Shown one piece after another: positions 48,901-59,310 of a stretch of 64,000 bases of DNA. A program made the translations under genes and the position numbers. The stretch is from Alphaproteobacteria bacterium (GTDB lineage: Bacteria > Pseudomonadota > Alphaproteobacteria > UBA828): assembly GCA_965214705.1 (NCBI GenBank), contig OZ243972.1, positions 1,280,001-1,344,000 of the forward strand, in the 5' to 3' direction. Within the stretch, counting starts at the first letter, position 1. Every line of letters starts with the position of its first letter. The notes below the pieces were generated by a model, which had not been told where the DNA came from, did not search any database, and was given only the letters and a program-made list of their open reading frames with translations.

Positions 48901-50417
48901 CGAGAGGTCCAACCGCAGGCGACGGTGCCCCATGTTCGAATGGCCGTGCCAGGCCGGAACGTTGTGAAGATCGGTGCTTGACATCAACCGCCCCATTACG
49001 GAAGCCGCTGGCTCCGCCACGACAGCGCGGCCGCCGAGCTCCTGGGGCTGGAGGGCGACCGCAAGGCGCTGCGGCGCAAGACGCTCTACCGCATCGGCGA
49101 CCTGCTCTGGCGCCACCGGGCCGCCATCCAGAGGGAACTGTTCAACCGTGAGCGCGCGCTGCTCGACCTGCCCGAGACGATCGCCTTCTACGATCTCACC
49201 AACGTCCACTACCACGGCCACGCGGGCGGCGAGCTTCCCAGGTTCGGGCGCTCCAAGCAGAAGCGCGACGACTGTCCCCTCATCACGCTGGCGCTGGCGC
49301 TCGACGGCGCGGGCTTCCCGCGCAGTTGCGAGATCCTGCCCGGCAACGTGAGCGAGCCGGGCACGCTGCACGACGCGCTGGCGCGGCTCGAGGCGGTGTG
49401 CGGCGGCACGGCGGCGAAGCCCACGGTGGTCATGGACGCGGGCATCGCCACCGAGGAAAACATCGTCTGGCTGGGCGAGCAGGGCTACGACTGGATCGCG
49501 GTCAGCCGCGGCGCCAGGCCTGCGCCGCCCGAGGGCGGACCCGAGGCCCTGCTGATCACCAGCGCGCGCCACGAGGTGCGGGCCTGGCGGCTTGCCAGCG
49601 AGGACGGCGAGGCGCGGCTCTACGTCGTCAGCGAGGGCAAGAAGAAGGCCGAGAACGCGATCCTCGGCCTGCGGAGGAACCGCTTCGAGGCGGCGCTGCA
49701 AAGGCTCCACGGCGGCCTTGCGGTCAAGGGCCGCCTCAAGCGCTACGACAAGGTGCTGGAGAGCATAGGCCGCCTCAAGCAGCGCTTCTCCGCCGTCGCC
49801 AGGCACTACGAGATCACGGTCGAGAAGGCGGACACCGGCCCCAATGCCACCGCCGTGCGCTTCAAGCGCAGGCCGCGATACGACGAGGCCGATGAGGGCG
49901 CGGGCGCCTATGTGCTGCGCACCAGCCACGTCGACTGGGATATCGAGACGGTCCTGCGGACGTACTGGCGGATCACGGATATCGAGGCGACATTCCGAAG
50001 CCTGAAATCCGAACTCGGCCTTCGCCCGATCTGGCACCAGCTCGACCGGCGCATCGCGGCCCACCTGCTGATCGCCGTGCTGGCCTACCACGCCGTGCAT
50101 CTGATCCGTACCCGGCTGGCCGCGCGGGACATCCACAAGTGCTGGGCATCGATCCGCGAGAGCATGCGGACCTGGGTGCGGATCACCACGCGCCTGCGCC
50201 AGACCGACGGCACCTTGATCGTCAATCGACAGGACACGCGCCCGGCCGCCGAGGTTGCCGCAATCTCCTCGGCGGCGGGCGTGGAACCCGCCATCCACCG
50301 CACGAGGACCCGCCTGCCGAACTGACAGAATCCAACAAAATGTAGTGCCATGTTGGAATCGGCCGAGAGAAATATCGCGTTACATCAACACGATAAAGGA
50401 CATGGGTAGGACAAAAG

Positions 50418-51309
50418 GTAGAGTCGAGGACTGGCGCGCCTGCTGTAGGGTCCGGTGGCAATTCCGCCGCTTTCGCTGCGGGCCTCAATCCGGCTCCCTT
50501 GGCCGCGTTTCCGGTCCCCGCTCTCCGAACCCGGCGTGCCCATTTCGAGCACCGAGCTCTCCAGTGGGATCATGCATCTCGCACACAGGCAAAGCTCGCG
50601 ACGATGGCGCACGTGATCGGAACCTCCGATCCGGTCGCAAGGGTGCGCTCCCCTCAACCATCGCGGTCCATTCGTCGTCCGCCTTGACCGCCGGGCCTGT
50701 CGATGCCCCGGCGGTGCCGCGCAGATTTGCTCCGGGCGGCCCCTTCGCTTCCATTTGCATGTGATGCCGCCGGGATCTCCGGCCATTCTCGGGGTTACAG
50801 GCTTAGCCACTCCCTGGCCCTTCTCCCTTCAAGGCACCCCTCCACGCCTGAGGCCCCTTTCCTCGGCCGGCATTACCCGGCGTCCTCAGTCTTACGGGCC
50901 TCTCCGCCACCCTGACGGCCCGGCCTGTCCCTCGCGGGCTTCCGGTTGATGTGCGCGCACCACCGTCAGGGCTTCCCGTGTTGCTGCTCTCTTCCTCTTC
51001 CGTGCGTGCCGGCGCCACTACCCCGGCGAGCCGCGATCGGTGCGCATGTCGCTCTCTTCCCGATCAGCGACGGTCTTCCCCTTTTGGCAGGAGGGTCGAC
51101 ACTCGCATTACCCGTTTCGAGGCCTGCTCAGCGTTCACTCACGTTCCGGCCCGCACGGTCGCTGAGCCACCCAACGGTGGCCCTTTTCCACCAAGGTGCT
51201 TCAGCCCATGTCGTCACCTCCATGAACCGCCCTGGCTGCTACCAACCGGAGCGACAGTTGTTGGGCGGGATTCGCACCCGCTGAAAGAGAGCGCCTTTCC
51301 ACGGCGCAC
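50418..51309 (-). ncRNA. ORF-less group II intron (892 nt)
   Basis: 5' GTGCG, domain V GAGCTCGGTGCTCGAAATGGGCACGCCGGGTTC (50527-50559), 3' end CTCGACTCTAC; removal restores the IS IR. Confidence 0.9.
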
Positions 51310-51321
51310 TGCCAACTTGGG

Positions 51322-53896
51322 GATAGGGCGCGTGCCGCCCGTCCACGATGCGCGCGTCCACGATGCGCACCGCGTCCTCCTGGCGCAGGCCGCCGACCTG
51401 GCGAAGGCCGAGACGGAGCGCGCAGCACCCCGCACGGCACCCCGCGCCCTCCTCCGCATCTTCTAGGCTGTTGTCCCACCCGCTCGCGTTGACATCCACC
51501 GGGCGCACCTCGACGCCGTGCTCGCGGGCGTCGCGCACGATCTGAGCGGGGGCGTAGAAGCCCATGGGTTGGGCGTTCAGAAGGGCACACGCGAACGCGT
51601 CCGGGTGGTGGCACTTGAGCCACGAGGAGACGTAGGCCAGCAGCGCAAAGCTCGCGGCGTGGGATTCGGGAAAGCCGTAGTCCCCGAACCCCTCGATCTG
51701 GCGGAAGCAGCGCTCCGCAAGCGCGGGCTCGTAGCCGCGCGCCACCATGCGCCCGACCATCCTCTCCTTCAGCAGGCTGAGCGTGCCGCGCCGGCGGAAG
51801 GTGGCCATGGCGCGGCGCAGCGCGTCCGCCTTGTCCGGCGTGAACCTGGCCGCCTCCATGGCGAGGCGCATCGCCTGCTCCTGGAACAGCGGCACGCCGA
51901 GGGTCTTTTCGAGCACTCGGCGCAGCTCGTCGGGCGGCCCGTGCTCGGGCGCGGGCGCGGGGTAGATCACCTCCTCCAGCCCGTCGCGGCGGCGCAGGTA
52001 GGGGTGCACCATGTCGCCCTGGATTGGGCCGGGGCGCACGATCGCGACCTCGATCACCAGGTCGTAGAAGCGGCGGGGCCTGAGCCTCGGCAACATGTTC
52101 ATCTGCGCCCGGCTCTCGATCTGGAAGACGCCGACCGTGTCGGCCCGGCACAGCATGTCGTAGACCGCCGGATCGTCCTGCGGCACCAAGGAGAGCGTCA
52201 GGTGCAGGCCCTTGTGCCGGGCCAGCAGCGCGAAGGCCTTGCGGATGCAGGTCAGCATACCAAGCCCCAGCACGTCGACCTTCATCAGGCCGAGCGCTTC
52301 GAGGTCGTCCTTGTCCCATTCGACGAAGGTGCGGTCCTTCATCGCCCCGTTGCCGATGGGCACGATCTCCTCCAGGGGCCCGCGGGTCAGCACGAAGCCG
52401 CCGACATGCTGAGAGAGGTGTCGGGGAAAGCCGATCAGCTCGCCCGCCAGCGCCACGGTCTGGCGCAGCAGGGGATCGGCGGGGTCGAGGCCGGCCTCGC
52501 CGAGCCGCCGCGCGACGGCGACGGCTCCGTCGTGGTGCAGGTCCCGGATCGCGCCGGCGAGCGCTGCGGCGGTGTCCTCGGAGAGCCCCATGGCCTTGCC
52601 CACGTCCCGCGCCGCGCTCCGCCCCCGGTAGCCGATGACGGTGGCGGCGAGGCCTGCGCGGTCACGGCCGTAGCGGCCGTAGATGTACTGGATCACCTCC
52701 TCGCGCCGCTCGTGCTCGAAGTCGACGTCGATGTCGGGGGGCTCGCGCCGCTCGCGCGAGACGAAACGTTCGAACAGGAGGTCGATCCGGGCCGGGTCGA
52801 CGGCGGTGATGCCGAGGCAGTAGCAGACGGCGGAGTTGGCGGCCGAGCCCCGCCCCTGGCAGAGGATGTCCTTCTCCCTGGCGAAGCGCACGATGTCGTA
52901 CACGGTGAGGAAGTAGGGCGCGTAGCCGAGCTCGTCGATGAGCCCGAGCTCGTGCATCAGCGTGCGGCGCACCTTGGCCGGGATGCCCTCGGGATAGCAC
53001 TGCCCGGCGCCGGCCCAGGTCAGCGCCTCCAGGTGCTGCTGCGGCGTTGTGCCGGCGGGCACCGGCTCGTCGGGATATTCGTAGGCCAACTCGTCGAGGC
53101 TGAAGCTGCAGAGGCGCACGATCTCCAGGGTGCGGGCGACGGCGTCCTCATGGCCCCGGAAGAGCCGCGCCATCTCGGCCCCGCTCTTGAGATGGCGCTC
53201 GGCGTTGGCGGCGAGGCGCCAGCCGGCCTGCGCCACCGTAACGCGCTCACGGATCGCGGTCAGCACGTCCTGCAGGGGCCGGCGCTCGCGCGTGTGATAG
53301 TGGACGGCGTTGGTGGCGATGAGGGGTACCTCGTGGCGTTCGGCCAGCGCCGCCAGCCGGTTGAGGCGGCTGCGGTCATCGCCCCGGTAGAGCATGTGGG
53401 CGGCGAGGTAGAGGGGGCCCGCATGGCGCCGGCGGAGTGCGGCCAGCGCCGCCGTGAACGGCTCGCCAGCCCCGCCCTTGCCACCCTCCTCATCCAGGCG
53501 ATCCGGCGGCAGCGCGATCAGAACCTGGCCCTCGGCGTGCGCCATCGCATCGTCCAGGTGGAGCACGCAGCCGCCCTTGGGCGCGCGCCGCTGGCCCAGG
53601 GTGAGCAGGCGGCAGAGGCGGCCGTAGGCGGCGCGGTCGCGGGGATAGCAGAGAAGCGAGAACCCGCAGGCGAGGTCGAGCCGCGCGCCGGTCAGGAGCC
53701 GCAGGCCCGCCGCCTTCGCTGCGACGTGGGCACGTACCGCACCGGCGAGGGTGTTGCGGTCGGCGATGCCGATGGCGGCAAGCCCCAGCGCCGCCGCGCG
53801 CTCCACCAGCTCGTCCGCGTCGGAGGCGCCGCGCAGGAAGCTGAAGTTGCTCACCGCCTGCAGCTCGGCGTAGGCCGTGGATCGGCCGTCAACCAT
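51322..53896 (-). pseudogene. dnaE2: Error-prone polymerase DnaE2, 5' fragment
   Basis: SNFSFLRGAS, GRGSAANS, PDIDVDFEH, YGFPESHA. Confidence 0.95.
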
Positions 53897-55559
53897 AGAG
53901 CCCGTGCACGTACCAGCGGGGCGAGTCCCCGGTGCCGGCATTGCCATAGAGGCCGGCACGGTAGAGCCAGTAGCGCCGGCCGTCTGCATCCTCGATGCGG
54001 TAGTAGTCGCGCACCGCCTCGTCGCGGTCGCCAGCGCCGGCCCACCATTCCGGCTCGATGCGCTCGGGCCCGGCAGCGCGGGCGACGCGGCGGCGCACCC
54101 GCCGCCAAGTGAAGAGCAGCGGCGGGCCGTCCGGCACCTCGGCCATCACGTTCACCGGCTCGGGCCGGTCGAACAGGCGGAAGGGCCGTTGCGGCCGTTT
54201 GGGTGTTTCGGTCGCCTCGGGTGCTTCGCGCCAGGGCACGGGCTCCCGGCCGGGCGTCACCGGTCGCTCGGCCTTCTCCGGCCTGTGGCGTGCGACCGGC
54301 TCCAGGCGGCAGACGGCACCGGTGCCGAGGCGGGCCAGCAGGCGGTCGACCAGCAGGTCCAGATCGCCCCGCCTCTGCCCGCCGTCGGTGAGGGAGAGCT
54401 GCCTGGGCGCCAGGGGCTCGACGCGCTCGGCATGGAGCGCCGCGAGATCGATGCCCAAGCCGGGGTCGACGGTCTCAAGCGTCTCCCGGAACAGACGCAG
54501 CAAGTGATCGCCGTCCCGTGTCGCGCGCGCCGTGGCGACCCCGCGCCGCACCACACCGCCGTCGACCCGGTAGCACCAGAGCGCGAGCCGCCGCACGCCG
54601 AGTTCGTCCCGCTCCAGGGACGCGGCCAGTTCGGGCATGAGCCGGGCCAGCACGGCATCCAGCCCCGCCCGGTCGAATAGGGGGTCCGACAGGGCCAGGC
54701 GCTCCAGGCAGGCGGGCGGCGGGGTCATGGGCACGATCGGCTCGGCCTGCCGGCCCAGCGCCCGGTCGAGGCGTGCGAGCACCGCGCTGGCCCGCTCGCG
54801 GCTGGGGAAGCGCCGGGCGAGCGACGCGCGCGGCAGGTTTTCTATCGCGCCGATGGTGACCAGCCCCAGGCGACGCAGCAGGCGGGCGTCCTCGGCCGCG
54901 AGCCTGAGCGCCTCCACCGGGAGACCCGTGATCGACGGGCGTGTCTCACCGGGCGCGGCGATGCGTGCGTCCGGACGACCGTTCGTCGCCGGGCCGAAGC
55001 GGGCGAGCGCCCAGGCGGCGCCCGGGGTATCGGCAAGCCCGAGGCGGTTCTCGAGGCCCAGGCCCGCAAGCCGCGCCGCGATCTCGTCCATCAGCGCCGC
55101 CTCGTCGCCGAAGAGGTGGGCGCAGCCAGTGATGTCGAGGAGCAGCCCACCGTCACCGTCATCGCAATCGCAATCGTCGCCGTTGTCCACAGCGCACCAG
55201 GGCGTGAAGCGGTTGCACCAGAGGGCGAGCCGTTCGAGCCCCCGCCGGTCCGCCGCCGGGTCGGCGCGCTCCGTGGCGAGGCCGGCGAGCAGGGCGCGGG
55301 CATCGGCGAGGCGCATGCCGGGCCTCAGTCCCTTCGCGCCGGCCTCGCGGTTGACCGCCCACAGCACCGGCCCGCGCCGGCCGGGCGCGACCAGCACGAA
55401 GGGGACCGGCGCAGACGGCGCGGTCGCCTTCGCCGCCTCAGCCGCCGGCGTGTGCGCGGCCTCGGGCCCGGCGCGGGGCCTCGACCTCGCTCGCGCCCGC
55501 TCGCGGCGCAGCCGGTCGATCGGCCAGCGCGGTAGCCATACGGAAATCACCCGTCTCAC
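53889..55559 (-). CDS. imuB: ImuB Y-family polymerase-like protein
   Basis: LPRWPIDRL, LLLDITGCAHLF, GPERIEPEWW, RDYYRIED. Confidence 0.93.
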   Translation of the reverse strand: MRRVISVWLPRWPIDRLRRERARARSRPRAGPEAAHTPAAEAAKATAPSAPVPFVLVAPGRRGPVLWAVNREAGAKGLRPGMRLADARALLAGLATERADPAADRRGLERLALWCNRFTPWCAVDNGDDCDCDDGDGGLLLDITGCAHLFGDEAALMDEIAARLAGLGLENRLGLADTPGAAWALARFGPATNGRPDARIAAPGETRPSITGLPVEALRLAAEDARLLRRLGLVTIGAIENLPRASLARRFPSRERASAVLARLDRALGRQAEPIVPMTPPPACLERLALSDPLFDRAGLDAVLARLMPELAASLERDELGVRRLALWCYRVDGGVVRRGVATARATRDGDHLLRLFRETLETVDPGLGIDLAALHAERVEPLAPRQLSLTDGGQRRGDLDLLVDRLLARLGTGAVCRLEPVARHRPEKAERPVTPGREPVPWREAPEATETPKRPQRPFRLFDRPEPVNVMAEVPDGPPLLFTWRRVRRRVARAAGPERIEPEWWAGAGDRDEAVRDYYRIEDADGRRYWLYRAGLYGNAGTGDSPRWYVHGLYG

Positions 55560-56319
55560 GGTTCCACTCCACCTCACAGGTCGCAGGCCGCCCGCCGCGT
55601 GCGCGCACGAGGGCGAGGCGCCAGCGGGGCAGGCCGGGCGCGCCCGCGTCGAACGGGTCGGCACCGCCCGGCAGCGCCGCCACCCGCCAGCGCGTGAGCG
55701 CCGCGCTCGCTGGACCGAGCTCGTCGTGGCGCAGCAGCAGCGCAGGTGTCGCGCCCTCGGCAGCGGCGAGCGCGAGGCGCCGGCTGGCGATGAATTCGAT
55801 GCTCTCGGCCTCGGCCAGCACCGCCGCGAGCGCACCGCAGCGCAGCCCCTCCTCCATCGCCCAGGGCACGTCCTTCTCGCAGCGGGCGCGGAGAATCAGC
55901 AGGTCCGCCGGCTCAAGGCCGAGATCGCACCAGCCCGGACCATGGAGGCGGCCGAAGCGGGCGGCCCCGCCAAGGCTCTGGCAGACCAGCACCGGGCCGC
56001 GCTCGGCGGCGCGCGCATGCCGCGCCAGGAGCGCGGCGAGAAAGGCGGTCGCCGCCGGCCCATCCGCCGCGCTCGCACCCGCGGCCTCGTGCAGGCCGTC
56101 CGGCGCAAGGCCGCCCTCGGGCAGGGCACCGTCCAGAGCATCGATGCCGAGCGGCCAGGGCCGCCTCGTCCGGCTTTCGGCGGTGGCGTCCTCCAGCTCG
56201 GCCGGACGGCGTTCGAGCGCCGCGATGTGCCGCCGCAGCGCCGCCAGATCGGCGTGGGCGACCGCTTCGGCGCGCTCGCGCGAGACTCGCGTCGGGGGTA
56301 TGGGGCGAGAGGCGCTCAT
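55438..56319 (-). CDS. imuA: ImuA RecA-like protein
   Basis: LGIDALD..LP.GGL, WAMEEGLR, SRRLALAA, TRWRV. Confidence 0.9.
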   Translation of the reverse strand: MSASRPIPPTRVSRERAEAVAHADLAALRRHIAALERRPAELEDATAESRTRRPWPLGIDALDGALPEGGLAPDGLHEAAGASAADGPAATAFLAALLARHARAAERGPVLVCQSLGGAARFGRLHGPGWCDLGLEPADLLILRARCEKDVPWAMEEGLRCGALAAVLAEAESIEFIASRRLALAAAEGATPALLLRHDELGPASAALTRWRVAALPGGADPFDAGAPGLPRWRLALVRARGGRPATCEVEWNRETGDFRMATALADRPAAPRAGASEVEAPRRARGRAHAGG

Positions 56320-56322
56320 ATT

Positions 56323-56337
56323 GTTCACTATTTGTTC
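56323..56337. promoter_or_regulatory. Alphaproteobacterial LexA box GTTC-N7-GTTC
   Basis: GTTCactatttGTTC just upstream of the imuA start. Confidence 0.85.
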
Positions 56338-56365
56338 GATTATCGAGCTTGTCAAGACGCGAGGC

Positions 56366-56944
56366 ATGTGCGCTTCCGTAATGGGGCGGAAGGCTTGCCC
56401 GTTCCGCTTCACGAGCGCCAGGTGGGGCGCGTTCAGCGAACTCCAGCCGCTCGCCGTGCCCATCCTGGCCGGCCCCTGGAGCTGCCCCACGTCCGAAAAT
56501 CTTTACCAGGCCTGCAAGTTCCCGGCCCACCCCGACGTCCAGCAACACATCGCCGAGGCCCCGACGGCGAGGCAAGCCGCCGCCATCGGCCGCACCCCCG
56601 GTCTCGGCATCGACCCCGGCTGGAACGCGCAGCGTGTCGACGTCATGCGCCGGGTCCTGCGCATGAAGCGCGAGGCGAACGCGGCCGGGATCGACGCGGT
56701 GCTCGCCGAAACCGGCGTGCGCCCCATCGTCGAGATCTCGACCCGCGACCCCTGGTGGGGCGCGCGCCCCGTCTCGGACCGCTACGAGGGCCACAACGTC
56801 CTCGGCCGGCTCTGGATGGAATTGAGACAGCAGCTCCGCGAAGCCGATCCGGCCGCGTGCTCCGGCACCTGGACCGGCCGCATCCGCGTCGGCGGCCTCG
56901 CCGGCGGCACCCCTCTTGCGCATGCCGCGCCGGAGAGCGCCTGA
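56366..56944 (+). CDS. NADAR (YbiA-like) protein, possibly 5'-truncated
   Basis: TSENLYQACKF, IVEISTRDPWWG, GHNVLGRLWMELR. Confidence 0.85.
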   Translation: MCASVMGRKACPFRFTSARWGAFSELQPLAVPILAGPWSCPTSENLYQACKFPAHPDVQQHIAEAPTARQAAAIGRTPGLGIDPGWNAQRVDVMRRVLRMKREANAAGIDAVLAETGVRPIVEISTRDPWWGARPVSDRYEGHNVLGRLWMELRQQLREADPAACSGTWTGRIRVGGLAGGTPLAHAAPESA

Positions 56945-57081
56945 CCGTCTGTCCGCCACCTACGCCTCATCCATCACGCCGATTGCGTCCAAGCACCCGG
57001 AGGACGTGGCGCCCGGGCCTGGGGCGAGTCCGCAGACGTTCAGAGACGTCCGCGCCGTCTCCCCGCATTCAGGAGCCGCCC

Positions 57082-57681
57082 ATGACCGACCCCGACACAA
57101 TCTCCGCCGACTACACGCTGCGCCCCAGCGAACTGGCCGCCACCCTCAAGGTCCTTGTCGAAGCCAGGCAGCCCGTGATGGTCAGGGGATCTCCAGGCTG
57201 CGGCAAAAGCGAGCTCGCGCAGCAGGTCGCCGCCGAAGGCAGCCGCGGCTACTGCGACGTCCGGGCGCTGCTGCTCGATCCTGTCGACGTGCGCGGCATC
57301 CCCTGGCGCGACGCCGACAACCGCACCCGCTGGGCGCCCCCCGACTTTCTGCCGCCCACGGACAGCACCGACCTGTGGCTCGTCAACCTGGAGGAGCTCC
57401 CCTCCGCCGTACCCATGGTGCAGGCCGCGCTCTTCCAGCTCGTCCGCGACCGCAAGTGCGGGGAGTACGAGCTCCCGGAAGGCGCCTCGATCATGGCCTG
57501 CGGCAACCGCGAGGGCGACCGCGGCGTCACCCACCGCATGCCGACCCCGCTGGCCTCGCGCTTCGTCCACCTCGAGATCAAGGTCGATGCCTCCGACTGG
57601 TGCGCGTGGGGAGCCGCCAACGGAATCGCGCCCGAGACCCTGTTCTTCATCCAGCTCAGGCCGGAGCTTCTGAATGTGTGA
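57082..57681 (+). pseudogene. MoxR-like AAA ATPase, 3'-truncated
   Basis: GSPGCGKS, NLEEL, ACGN, LASRF; stops at an abrupt switch to AT-rich DNA. Confidence 0.8.
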
Positions 57682-58090
57682 CAAACTACAAGCGAGGATT
57701 ACCAAGTTGGTAGTTCTCTTTAGCGTTGCGAGCTCCTCCTTATACTGGTTATACTACAGTGGGTTGGAGGCGGCGTCAACGGAATTTTCGTGATGGGGTG
57801 GGGTCCATAAGGCAGACTCCTCGATAGCTCGATAGTTGCATTCGGGGACTTAACGTATTTCATTCGAATGTCGCGGGCGCAGTTTGGTATCTCTCTAGTA
57901 GAAGCCAGTGATTGGCTTGAGTATGGAAGCCATAACATATGTGTAATAGTGTCTTTGGACGCTATGGTGCCTGTAGGCGAGTCGTTGGCAGATGTCACGC
58001 GAATATCGCAGCGTGCTTCGCGCGACATTCGCTCATCTTGTGGCGTCGCTGGGCACGGGCGGAGCGATCGTACCACCGGATGCGGACGGC

Positions 58091-58417
58091 ATGAACGAGG
58101 CAGCAGAGGGGCGCAAACGACAGCGCGCAGTGATGGCCACGGACAGCGACTGGCAGGCGCTCAAGGAGCGCGCGGACGCTGTGGGAATGGACGTGTCGCG
58201 CTTCATCATGGAGCGGCTGACGGCGCCCGTTGCGGTGCAGGATGATGTGGACTTGAGGCGCGATCTCGCGGGCGCGGTGGCGCGCATCGAGCGCATGGTC
58301 AGGGTGCTCTACGAGGTCGAGAAAGAGCGCGTCGAGGGTTCCGCAGGGGCGGAGACCTGGCAGGCTCTGGTGCGCCGTGCCGGCACACGGAGCGATGCAG
58401 AGGAGGCACTCGGGTGA
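58091..58417 (+). CDS. RHH/MobC-like protein 1
   Basis: RAVMATDSDWQALKERADAVGMDVSRFIME. Confidence 0.7.
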   Translation: MNEAAEGRKRQRAVMATDSDWQALKERADAVGMDVSRFIMERLTAPVAVQDDVDLRRDLAGAVARIERMVRVLYEVEKERVEGSAGAETWQALVRRAGTRSDAEEALG

Positions 58418-58776
58418 CGGCAATCGAGGGTGGCGGGAAGCGGGAGATTGCGCGCATTCGCAGCGTCTACTGTTCGCCGGAGAACCGCGCATTGATCGGA
58501 CGGCGGGCCAAGGAAGCAGGGATGAGTTTCTCGCGCTTCATGATCGCCTGCGCGCTTCATGGGGTAGACGCCGAAGACGGCGAGGAAGGTCCTAGCCTGA
58601 TTCTGTCCGAGGATGAGCAGAGGCAGCTGTATGAGCGCGTGGCGCTTCTTGATCGGTGCAACGAGGCGCTGTTTTCGCGTCTGCCGGGGACGGAGATATC
58701 GGCGCTCGGCGCACTCGCCTTCCTTGCGCGGGAAGCGCGCGTCAGGTCCGGCGGCGAGGACGGGGACGGTTCATGA
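58414..58776 (+). CDS. RHH/MobC-like protein 2
   Basis: RSVYCS...RAKEAGMSFSRFMIACAL. Confidence 0.7.
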   Translation: MTAIEGGGKREIARIRSVYCSPENRALIGRRAKEAGMSFSRFMIACALHGVDAEDGEEGPSLILSEDEQRQLYERVALLDRCNEALFSRLPGTEISALGALAFLAREARVRSGGEDGDGS

Positions 58777-59219
58777 GGAGGCGTGACCGGACCCGGCCGA
58801 GGGCGTATTCGCTCTCATGCACCGACACCGACTGGGGACGCGTGCGGGTGCTGGCCGAGCGGAAAGGACTCTCCATCTCGCGCTACATGGTCGAGCGCGG
58901 CCTCACCGTGAACCCGGAGACCGAACCTGAACCGCCGCCTCGCCTCGTGCTGGACGAGGCAGAGCAGCGCACCCTTCTGGACCGTGTGGCCGCCATTGCG
59001 GAGCGCACGGTGAAGGCAGAGACGGACGATGCAGTGATGACGCGCATCCGCAACTCCCTCGCCTTCCTGGCCGAGGAGACGATGCGAACCATGATGCGCG
59101 AGGGCCGCGGGGATGAGCTGCGGGAGATGCTGACGGACCTCTTCGGCGAGCGGGTTGCGGCGGCAACCGTCGACCGGCTCCGCGCCCGCACGAGCGCCGA
59201 GAGTTCCGACTCGCCATGA
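58773..59219 (+). CDS. RHH/MobC-like protein 3
   Basis: YSLSCTDTDW...AERKGLSISRYMVE. Confidence 0.7.
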   Translation: MRRRDRTRPRAYSLSCTDTDWGRVRVLAERKGLSISRYMVERGLTVNPETEPEPPPRLVLDEAEQRTLLDRVAAIAERTVKAETDDAVMTRIRNSLAFLAEETMRTMMREGRGDELREMLTDLFGERVAAATVDRLRARTSAESSDSP

Positions 59220-59310
59220 TCGGAAGGCGGCCCGCCGCCGGTTGCGGGGGCCGGCCGCCGTGCCGGAAGACTGGACCGGGGGCGATCGAAGGGCGGGCCG
59301 GCGGGGCGAG

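Larger units (their letters stand above)
45755..49004 (+). mobile_element. IS110 family (IS1111 group) element A
   Basis: Subterminal IR CCGTAATGGGGCG at 45758-45770 and 48989-49001; AG core on both sides. Confidence 0.9.
45246..50325 (+). pseudogene. IS1634 transposase interrupted between 45754 and 49005
   Basis: VRQRTLLNLG; FYDLTN, FGRSK, VVMDAG, IEATFRSLKSELGLRP; halves join in frame as ERETSRWL. Confidence 0.9.
45020..51321 (+). mobile_element. IS1634-family element inserted in dnaE2
   Basis: 17-bp IR CCCAAGTTGGCACTTTT (right copy split by intron), GATA duplication at 45016-45019 and 51322-51325. Confidence 0.88.

Noticed and set aside
50385-50810. ORF inside the intron as an intron-encoded protein
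   Set aside because: No RT motifs and it overlaps domains V/VI; at most a deleted-IEP relic
45020-51321. IStron-like rescue of dnaE2 by splicing
   Set aside because: Splicing removes only 892 nt; about 5.4 kb of IS remains in the transcript
51340-51368. 15-bp duplication in dnaE2 (IVDARIVDGR)
   Set aside because: Local slippage, unrelated to the transfer-region motif
54637-57681. 1014-aa ORF as one protein
   Set aside because: Only the last ~200 aa are MoxR-like; the rest is antisense or off-frame to imuAB and NADAR
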